Shown here: in pieces, positions 16,000-23,305 of the stretch
Position numbering within the stretch: position 1 is the first letter of the stretch
How the letters are laid out: each line of letters begins with the position of its first letter
Assembly: GCA_964535125.1 (NCBI GenBank)
Contig: CAZHSN010000009.1
Coordinates: 1 to 33,834, forward strand
DNA: 33,834 bases
Source: an uncultured bacterium
GTDB lineage: Bacteria > Armatimonadota > HRBIN16
Reading direction: 5' to 3'
Made by a program: the position numbers and the translations under genes
The notes under the pieces: generated by a model
Database searches by the model: none
What the model was told of the DNA's origin: nothing
Seen by the model: the letters and a program-made list of their open reading frames with translations, nothing else

Positions 16000-17940
16000 G
16001 TGACCATGACGGGTAAGTCACACATTGAGAGACTTGAGGGAATGTGGCGTGTGATCTGGAAGTGGTTTCCGGCAGCAGCAATAGCATGCGGCCTGTTGAC
16101 CCTGGGCAGTTGGTTCCAGTCAGTCCATCGGATGGGGCAGATCATGCGGGCGATTACCCAACGAGACGGTGTGACAGCCATTGCGGATGTGGATCGCCCA
16201 TTGAACAGGCTCAGCCGGGCAACGGGTATACGCGGCTCACTTGAAAATCTGCGTATCGACCCAGTGGTTCCGCTGGAGTCCGTAGACAGTCGCGAGGCGC
16301 TGGCACAACATGTGAACGCCCTGCTGACGAAGAACAACCCCGAACTCAGCGACACCGATCAGCAACGCATTTTGGATTTAGCTGAGCGATTGGATCCGGG
16401 TAACGGTTTCTACAAGTACGCTGTTGCCTGTATTCGCCTGACGGACCTCTCCCAGCAGGTTCGATTTCGTGAACAGGCACAGCAACTGCCACCGGAGTTG
16501 CGCCAAGATCGGTCTGCGGACCGTGAGACCTTGCGCCGCCGTCAGCGTCTGTTCTGGGCGCAGCAGGCGTCTGCACGGATGTCCCCCCGACAGCGCGCGG
16601 AACGGGATCGCTGCATGCGGATGCTGGCCGAGGCGGCGTCAGCCCCATACTTCCGGTCCTATCGTTGGGAACCGTTGACGCGCCTGGCGCAGGCGGTAAA
16701 CACCGGTTCGGTATACCACGACACACTGGCGTTCCGCCTGGCTACATATGGTTGGGACTACATACTGATACACCGTCCGCCCTTTTCCCTCGCAGAATGG
16801 TATGTGGCGTGGTGGAGCGAGTTGCCGCGATCGGCGCGGGATCGCGCGGCGTCGCATCTGATAGTTCAACTCAATGCACGACGGATTCAGGACGCCGCAA
16901 CCACATGGGATGTCCGTCTGGCCTATGACGAAGCCAGATCGGCGCAGCGTCTGCTGGCTTTGGCGGCCGGAGAGCCGAATACGCCGGCGCTGCCCGGGTC
17001 AAAGCACGTCTCGGCTGACGCCCTACGCACCGCAATGGTTGCCGGACCAGTGGGTGGATTGACGGAGTTCCCCAATTGGTCGTACACGCCGGCCATCACT
17101 AAAGAGCAACGCAGGCAATCCCAGTGGATGGAAAACCTTGAACTGGAGTCGTATGCACTGATCATGTTGATGTGCTGGTTGTTCGTTCGTACCTGTGTCT
17201 GGTTCCCAGGGTTGATGACGCGCTCACTGCCTCGATGCCGGCTGCCTCAGCAGCAGCGTATACGTGTTAGCGTGCTGTGCACCGGGCTGGTCTGTTTGTA
17301 TCTGGTCGCCACGCGTGCCCCCGGCTTGGGAGTGCTGCGACGCACGCCTCTCGATCCGATGATCTTTCATACGGTTCAGACCATAACGGATGCGGTCGTT
17401 TGGCTGACTCCTGCGCTGGCGCTTGTGTTGACATTCGGGCTGCGATGGGTGTTTCCCATCCGTCCCGGCTTCTGTTGGGAACTCAAATATCGGTGGTTAA
17501 GCTGGTTCGGCACCGCGTTGCTGGCTGTTGTTGAGTCAACTATGGCTGCAGTCCTGGTATTCATGGGGGCTTGGGGCGTTGCTGACGGTCTTGTCAGCCC
17601 TGCAGCACTGAATATGGCCGCTTTGGTCGCCGTAAGCTCCACCTCGACACATTACTATCGCCTGGTCTCGGCTAAACGGCGCGGTGAGTCCGTGCGTCCA
17701 TTAACCGCCTACCTCTCGACGCCCGTGTGGGCAATGTTGCTATGCCTGGGTGTCGCGGGTTTTTGGCTCAACCGATGGCAGCACCAACAGGCCGTGCAGG
17801 CCGACACGTTATTGATCAGTCAAGCCGCCACGCGTACCTTTGTGTCACCGGCCGAATCACAGGTTGTACAGGCGATGCGCACAGAGGTACTGCGTCAATG
17901 GCCGTTCACCGATGGTGACACCGGGAGTACTATACGATGA
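16000..17940 (+). CDS. Polytopic membrane protein of unknown function (paralog A). N-terminal TM anchor, ~350-aa alpha-helical soluble domain, and a C-terminal bundle of about 5-6 TM segments.
   Basis: Hydrophobic segments at about aa 22-38 and aa 385-600. GTG at 16000 or ATG at 16006, with CAGGAG 9-15 nt upstream. No recognisable family motif. Shares DPGNGFYKYAVACIRLTDL with the EPDNGLYDATEASAIAVSS segment of the next gene. Confidence 0.65.
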   Translation: MTMTGKSHIERLEGMWRVIWKWFPAAAIACGLLTLGSWFQSVHRMGQIMRAITQRDGVTAIADVDRPLNRLSRATGIRGSLENLRIDPVVPLESVDSREALAQHVNALLTKNNPELSDTDQQRILDLAERLDPGNGFYKYAVACIRLTDLSQQVRFREQAQQLPPELRQDRSADRETLRRRQRLFWAQQASARMSPRQRAERDRCMRMLAEAASAPYFRSYRWEPLTRLAQAVNTGSVYHDTLAFRLATYGWDYILIHRPPFSLAEWYVAWWSELPRSARDRAASHLIVQLNARRIQDAATTWDVRLAYDEARSAQRLLALAAGEPNTPALPGSKHVSADALRTAMVAGPVGGLTEFPNWSYTPAITKEQRRQSQWMENLELESYALIMLMCWLFVRTCVWFPGLMTRSLPRCRLPQQQRIRVSVLCTGLVCLYLVATRAPGLGVLRRTPLDPMIFHTVQTITDAVVWLTPALALVLTFGLRWVFPIRPGFCWELKYRWLSWFGTALLAVVESTMAAVLVFMGAWGVADGLVSPAALNMAALVAVSSTSTHYYRLVSAKRRGESVRPLTAYLSTPVWAMLLCLGVAGFWLNRWQHQQAVQADTLLISQAATRTFVSPAESQVVQAMRTEVLRQWPFTDGDTGSTIR

Positions 17941-19937
17941 ATAGAGATCCGTGGGTGAATCCAACATCCGAGCTAGTGACAATGCCGGTAACGCGTTCGC
18001 TGCGGGTTTTGTTCACGTTCGCCGTGGTGATGTCCGTGGCGGTGATTGCCTGGCGGGTCGTGGTGTTGTTGCGTCATGACGCCTACTTTCTGGGTGACGC
18101 AGCGTTTGCCTCCCGATGGATTAAGAACGAACCGGCAGACGCCATGGAGCGGATGCGTTCAGAGATACAGAAGCATACAGGTGAATCCCCTCCGCAGAGG
18201 GCTTCGTCATCTCCCCCCGCCGTGTACCTGAGTGGGGTATTGAACAGGGATGACAAAACGACCATGGCGATGGCTCTGCGTCTCATCTCGAGCGTATACC
18301 AGTTCATCAGCGACCAGGGTGATCAACTTCAGGAGCTGTGTAAAACGGGACGTGCTCAAGAACCGGACAACGGCCTGTATGACGCCACGGAGGCGAGCGC
18401 CATAGCCGTATCATCGTACTTGCGCCGGGAGGATCTGCATTTGCAAAGCAGCACTTGGCTGATCTGCGGGTTGATGAGAAGCCGTTTTTCGGATCCGGAA
18501 ACGTCAACGCAGCAGGCCGTGCGCGCCTTGGGATTGTTGAAACGGGCTGTGGCTGCACCGCGCTATCTGGATCATACCGACGTCCGTATGGATGAAGCGG
18601 TCAGAGGCTACCACACAGGATGGATGCCTCAGGATCAGCGCCTTATCCGGGATTTCTTGAGTACTGACACCGTACACTCGCCAATACCCCGGGTGACACA
18701 GGGGGTATTGTTGGCTTGGGCGGTGACACACCCCGAGCATCCGGAGGCGCCTGATACGGTCCCGACATTGCTGCGCTGGCTGCAGCGCCGCAGCGAGGCC
18801 GCATATGATCTGGCCCAGCTTCAGAGCGTGTATGGCGATGGCGCCGACCTGAAACTGGCTGTTGATGCCCTGCTGCGGCATGGACAGACAGGCGTCTTGG
18901 AACGGCGCTTGAAGACGCTGCAGACCGCTCTCGCGCCCATGCAGGCGGCCTCAATACGGAGTGAGACAGATGGATTTCAACATGGCATTTTGCGTTTTGT
19001 GGAGGTCACTCTGCCGACTCCGCCGTATGCATCGCTTACTGACAGAGTGGCGGAGCCGTATCGATCCCGTATGATCGCACTGATCGAAAGTGAGCGGTAT
19101 CTGATCTCCGTGTTCCTGCTGTTCGCCTTGTTTGTGTTGATCTGGTTGATACGCTACCGAGCGGCGCTGGGCATCCGCGGGTTTGACTGCACCGTGGTAA
19201 CACGGCGCGTGTGGGGCGATCTACTGTTGGTGGTTGGGGGGTATTGGGCGTTCAGTCGCTGGGTTTATGTGCATCAGGCACAGCACGCACCGGACTACTT
19301 TATAGTGATTCACATCATCATGCCAATCGCTTTGCTTGCCTGCATGCTGTCGATCGTGAGCGTGGTAAGAAAGTGTGATCTGGAATGCCCGACCTCGGTC
19401 TGGGATTGTCTGACGGACGCACCACAGGAAGACGCTCTGTCAGAAGACAACATGGATGGGGACGAATGGACCGATGAGGTAAATGATCCAGATGACTTGG
19501 ATGATAACGCCATGCAACCGACGCAATCTGCGTCACCCTCCCCCTCCAACTGGATGACGAGAGCGCTGATCTCTTCGGTCGTACTCGGATCGATAGTCAA
19601 CTGGGTCCTGTTCTGGAAAGGCGCACCAGGTTTCCACGTGGGTGTGTTGGGTATAGTGTCTGCATTCGGCGCTGTGTGGAAACCAAGCCTGAGGCACCAG
19701 GTGCCAGTGTGCGCATTGGGTAACGGTTTCGCCTGCCTGGTGGTGCTTTGCGGGTTTTGGCTGGCCATCACCGCAGAGCAACTGCACATGATCTCGCAAG
19801 ATACGCAACTCTATAGCGCGCGCCCAGGCGTGTCGGTAACCATCGACCGTCTGCGTATGGACGCCTGCAAACACTCTGTGGAACCGGCGGTCCGTCGCGC
19901 GCTGGCGTCGTTACCGCACGCTGCACAAGGAGACTGA
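17937..19937 (+). CDS. Polytopic membrane protein of unknown function (paralog B). N-terminal TM, ~330-aa helical soluble domain, TM bundle interrupted by an acidic DE-rich loop.
   Basis: ATGA start/stop overlap with the previous gene. TM segments at about aa 20-45 and aa 375-640. Acidic loop EDALSEDNMDGDEWTDEVNDPDDLDD. Same domain order as paralog A. Confidence 0.65.
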   Translation: MNRDPWVNPTSELVTMPVTRSLRVLFTFAVVMSVAVIAWRVVVLLRHDAYFLGDAAFASRWIKNEPADAMERMRSEIQKHTGESPPQRASSSPPAVYLSGVLNRDDKTTMAMALRLISSVYQFISDQGDQLQELCKTGRAQEPDNGLYDATEASAIAVSSYLRREDLHLQSSTWLICGLMRSRFSDPETSTQQAVRALGLLKRAVAAPRYLDHTDVRMDEAVRGYHTGWMPQDQRLIRDFLSTDTVHSPIPRVTQGVLLAWAVTHPEHPEAPDTVPTLLRWLQRRSEAAYDLAQLQSVYGDGADLKLAVDALLRHGQTGVLERRLKTLQTALAPMQAASIRSETDGFQHGILRFVEVTLPTPPYASLTDRVAEPYRSRMIALIESERYLISVFLLFALFVLIWLIRYRAALGIRGFDCTVVTRRVWGDLLLVVGGYWAFSRWVYVHQAQHAPDYFIVIHIIMPIALLACMLSIVSVVRKCDLECPTSVWDCLTDAPQEDALSEDNMDGDEWTDEVNDPDDLDDNAMQPTQSASPSPSNWMTRALISSVVLGSIVNWVLFWKGAPGFHVGVLGIVSAFGAVWKPSLRHQVPVCALGNGFACLVVLCGFWLAITAEQLHMISQDTQLYSARPGVSVTIDRLRMDACKHSVEPAVRRALASLPHAAQGD

Positions 19938-19938
19938 G

Positions 19939-21264
19939 ATGCCGACACAGTGGAACGTGGACGTGGATTTCGGCCAGACCTCTGGAGCCATCAAAGCGCT
20001 CCACGGCGCAAACAACGGCCCCCTCTGTTTTGACGGTCTGATCGACCTGAGCGAGAGCTACCGCGAACTGGGACTGCCCTGGTTACGTCTGCATGACTGC
20101 AATTGGCCGGCTGATAATGTGGTCGACACGCATGTGGTGTTCCCCTGTTTTTCAGCGGACCCTGATGATCCGGCCAGCTACGATTTCGCATTGACGGATC
20201 TGTATATCGATGCGATCCGAAAGACTGGTGCGCGTGTCGTTTACCGGTTGGGTTGTCGGATCGAGCATTATCCGCATCGAAGGCATGCGCACCCACCGGC
20301 GGACTTTACCCAGTGGGCGCGTATCTGCCGGGGCATTATCAGGCATTACACAGAGGGATGGGCTAACGGGCATACATGGGATCTGCGCCATTGGGAGATC
20401 TGGAACGAACCGGATGTCCCGCCAGGGTGCTGGTCGGGCACTTGGGACCAGTACTTCGATCTGTATGTCACCACTGCGGCTTTATTGAAGCGCCATCATC
20501 CTGACATGCAGATCGGTGGTCCGGCGTTCGCCTATCCAACGGACGACACCACGTTTGTCGAGCGGTTTTTGCAGCGCTGCACTGCTGAGTCAGCGCCGGT
20601 TGACTTCCTGTCCTGGCATACCTACGCGGGGTCGGACCTGAGCGTGTGGCGCCGTCGCGCCGGGTGTATGCGCGCTCTGTTGGACGCCAACGGGTTTGGC
20701 GACACGGAGAGCCACCTCAATGAGTGGAACTGTCACCCGGGAGTGGACTGGACGGACTGGTCGGCATTCACTCAGGTGTTGCGGGGTCCCGTTGGAGCGG
20801 CGGGTGTGGCGGCCAGCCTGATCTACTTCCAGGATCTCCCCATCGACATGGCGTTTCTGTACACCGCGGACATCAGCACCTACGGATTGCACGACCAGTG
20901 CGGCGCACGGCAGACCAACTGGTATGCCGTGAAGGCGTTTCGGCAGATGCTGGACACACCCGTGCGATGCGTTGCCAGCGGGTCGGATGACACGCATGGA
21001 CAGGCCGTGCTGGCAGGTGTAAATTCTGAGGGTACACAGGCGCAATTGCTGCTGGTGAACTATGTCAATACCGGTGCTGTGTCATGCACGGTCGAGGCCG
21101 CGCGATGGCCATGGAAGGGTCCTGCGGTCGCCTCCGTATTCACCATCGACGGATCGCATCAATTGGCGTGTACCGAGAGGGTGTTATTACACCCGCCTGC
21201 CAGTACACTGCGTATGGATCTGCCGGAGGCCACGGTTCTGCTGGTGCAACTGAGGCCGGACTAA
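19939..21264 (+). CDS. Clan GH-A glycoside hydrolase, GH39-like, no signal peptide.
   Basis: HWEIWNEPD carries the clan GH-A acid/base NEP motif. LNEWN is a candidate nucleophile block and SWHTY a conserved aromatic block. N-terminal IKALHGANNGPL resembles GH39 N-termini. The ATG is 1 nt after the stop of paralog B, with AAGGAG 7 nt upstream. Confidence 0.7.
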   Translation: MPTQWNVDVDFGQTSGAIKALHGANNGPLCFDGLIDLSESYRELGLPWLRLHDCNWPADNVVDTHVVFPCFSADPDDPASYDFALTDLYIDAIRKTGARVVYRLGCRIEHYPHRRHAHPPADFTQWARICRGIIRHYTEGWANGHTWDLRHWEIWNEPDVPPGCWSGTWDQYFDLYVTTAALLKRHHPDMQIGGPAFAYPTDDTTFVERFLQRCTAESAPVDFLSWHTYAGSDLSVWRRRAGCMRALLDANGFGDTESHLNEWNCHPGVDWTDWSAFTQVLRGPVGAAGVAASLIYFQDLPIDMAFLYTADISTYGLHDQCGARQTNWYAVKAFRQMLDTPVRCVASGSDDTHGQAVLAGVNSEGTQAQLLLVNYVNTGAVSCTVEAARWPWKGPAVASVFTIDGSHQLACTERVLLHPPASTLRMDLPEATVLLVQLRPD

Positions 21265-21293
21265 CGGACGCAGATACACCGGGAGGTAGAGCG

Positions 21294-22118
21294 ATGTCTT
21301 TCCCACGCACGCTGGTCGGCGGCGTGTCCATGCCGCGCCTGATCTGCGGCAGCAACTGGATGCTGGGGTACTCACATACCAGTAAGGCCAAGGACAGACT
21401 GATTTGCGACCTGTTCGACACCCCTCAAAAAGTGGCGGATGTCGTCGAGGTCTTCGCCCGAGCCGGGTGCAACGCCTATATGAGCATGCCCACCCCGTTT
21501 GTTGCCGAAGCGCTGCGTGAGGTGGAGCAGCGGACAGGACAGCCCATGCTGTGGGTCGCCACGCCCAGCTTTCCCATACCAGGCGCCGACTCGTGGGAAG
21601 AGGCCATCGACCTGTCAAAACGGCTGGGCGCTACATTCTGCTTCCCCCACCAGTGCCTGACGGATGCCCAGATTGATCGCACGCAACGGCAGCTAACGCC
21701 GACGCTGCAGGGCTGGTTGCGTCAGGTGCGCGACGCAGGGCTGGTGCCGGGACTTAGTTCCCATGCGCCGGAGGTGATACCCTGCGCCGATGCCACTCCC
21801 GGCATGGTCGAAACATACATTACGCCGTACAACGCGGCAGGGTTCCTGTGCCAGGTGGAGACCGACTGGGTCCAGAACACCATCCACGCCGCGAAGTGTC
21901 CGGTGATGACCATCAAGCCGCTCGGAGCAGGCCGGCTGCTTCCCCCTACCGGGTTGGCGTTTGTATGGAACACGATCCGCGACTGTGACATGGTTACGAT
22001 AGGCACGATGAGCGTCTATGAAGCGGAAGAGGATATCGAACTGAGCCTTGCCGCACTGGAACAACGCGCATCCCAGGTGGAACTGCAGAGTACGCGCAGC
22101 AAAAAGCTCCTGAAGTGA
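21294..22118 (+). CDS. Hypothetical cytoplasmic protein (274 aa), last gene of the plus-strand operon.
   Basis: Start re-placed to the ATG at 21294 (MSFPRTLVGG...), preceded by GGGAGGTAGAGCG. The ORF-track start at 21084 overlaps the GH39-like gene by 180 nt in another frame and lacks an SD. No family recognised. Confidence 0.55.
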   Translation: MSFPRTLVGGVSMPRLICGSNWMLGYSHTSKAKDRLICDLFDTPQKVADVVEVFARAGCNAYMSMPTPFVAEALREVEQRTGQPMLWVATPSFPIPGADSWEEAIDLSKRLGATFCFPHQCLTDAQIDRTQRQLTPTLQGWLRQVRDAGLVPGLSSHAPEVIPCADATPGMVETYITPYNAAGFLCQVETDWVQNTIHAAKCPVMTIKPLGAGRLLPPTGLAFVWNTIRDCDMVTIGTMSVYEAEEDIELSLAALEQRASQVELQSTRSKKLLK

Positions 22119-22126
22119 GCCGACGA

Positions 22127-22159
22127 CCGGCGCGCCCGCAACAGCAACAGGCGCGCCGG
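22127..22159. terminator. GC-rich hairpin (CCGGCGCGCC...GGCGCGCCGG, 10-bp stem with ~13-nt loop) between convergent genes. Candidate bidirectional terminator.
   Basis: Seen directly, 8 nt after the TGA of 21294-22118 and 14 nt after the stop of the minus-strand URO-D gene. Confidence 0.45.
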
Positions 22160-22172
22160 TTGGATGATCCCG

Positions 22173-23237
22173 CTACCGATAGCGTCCGTACTCTTGAGCT
22201 GTCTGGTACATGGCGATCACGTTTTCGGTGGGACTGTTGTCTTGAATCGCGTGCGATGGGCTCAACGCGTATCCGCCGCCTGGCATCATGATGTCCAGTG
22301 TCTCACGTACATTGGCCTGTATGTCATCCACGGTACCGTACGCGAGAGGGCCGGCGGTGCTGATGCATCCATGGAACGCCAAACGGCCGCCGAAGCGGCC
22401 TTTCAGGTAAGCCGGATCCATGTTCGTCGCTTCGGGCTGCAGTGTGTCCACTGCTTGTATTCCCATGTCGATAAAGTCCTCATAGGCCCAACTGCTGCTG
22501 CCGCATGTGTGTTCCATGGGGATGCATCCATAAGCGCGCGCCAGGTCCACAAAGGGTTGATGGGCGGTCCGGATGTGTTTACGGAACAACGACAGGCTGA
22601 TCAGTGGTGTCTTTTGTGTGCCGAGATCCTCACCCAGCCACACCAGATCGATACCGCCCTGACCGGCTTCGAGCGTACGACGCAGCACTTCCCGTTGTAC
22701 CTCCAATCGCCGTTCGATGTAACGTAAACCCGCTTCGTCATCGGTCATCAGATCGACCAGTGTCTGTTCCATTCCGCGGATCATACCGGTGGCGTTGATC
22801 ACATCCGGCATGCAGTAAACACATACGCAGTAGTCTTTGTACTGCTCACAGGCGGCGGCGATGTGGCTGTAGTCGAAGTCGTCTGGTGATGGCATGGGCC
22901 AGGTTTCTATGGTTTCCAGATCCGCGTCCGCCAGCGGGAAGTCGCAGTAGTCCCAATAGCCGCCGCTCTCATGTTCAATCCACCGGGTGCGTATCCCGTA
23001 GCACGGGTCGACGTGACGCCCTTCGATCTCTGGGTGCAATCTTGGCCCGACATACGGCGCTCCGACATGCCGGAAGTCGACGCCTAGAGCTGTATAGAGC
23101 CCTTCCCAGTCATCAGCAGCAAGCCCCAGATGAGCCTTCAGTCGGCCATCAATGCCCGGATTGGCGAGATAGTTGATCGGAACCCGGTCCGGTTCGCTGT
23201 GATGAAAGGCGCACAGCACGCGTTCTTTGGAGTTCAT
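22173..23237 (-). CDS. Uroporphyrinogen decarboxylase (URO-D) family protein, the non-HemE URO-D-like enzyme class.
   Basis: MNSKERVLCAFHHSEPDRVPINYLANPGIDGRLKAHLGL is a typical URO-D-like N-terminus. C-terminal ...FHGCISTAGPLAYGTVDDIQANVRETLDIMMPGGGYALSPSH... Start placed at the ATG at 23237 with AAGGGG 6 nt upstream. It is flanked by glycoside hydrolase genes, not haem-biosynthesis genes. Confidence 0.75.
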   Translation of the reverse strand: MNSKERVLCAFHHSEPDRVPINYLANPGIDGRLKAHLGLAADDWEGLYTALGVDFRHVGAPYVGPRLHPEIEGRHVDPCYGIRTRWIEHESGGYWDYCDFPLADADLETIETWPMPSPDDFDYSHIAAACEQYKDYCVCVYCMPDVINATGMIRGMEQTLVDLMTDDEAGLRYIERRLEVQREVLRRTLEAGQGGIDLVWLGEDLGTQKTPLISLSLFRKHIRTAHQPFVDLARAYGCIPMEHTCGSSSWAYEDFIDMGIQAVDTLQPEATNMDPAYLKGRFGGRLAFHGCISTAGPLAYGTVDDIQANVRETLDIMMPGGGYALSPSHAIQDNSPTENVIAMYQTAQEYGRYR

Positions 23238-23305
23238 CTGCGTCCCCTTAGGTATAGTCATGCCTGGCAGACATCACTGTAACAGCTCCACCCGGTCTGC
23301 AGTGC

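Noticed and set aside
21084-21293. Upstream extension of ORF 21084-22118 overlapping the GH39-like gene
   Set aside because: There is no SD at 21084. A strong SD plus ATG at 21294 begins a coherent sequence, and the extension overlaps a well-supported GH gene out of frame.
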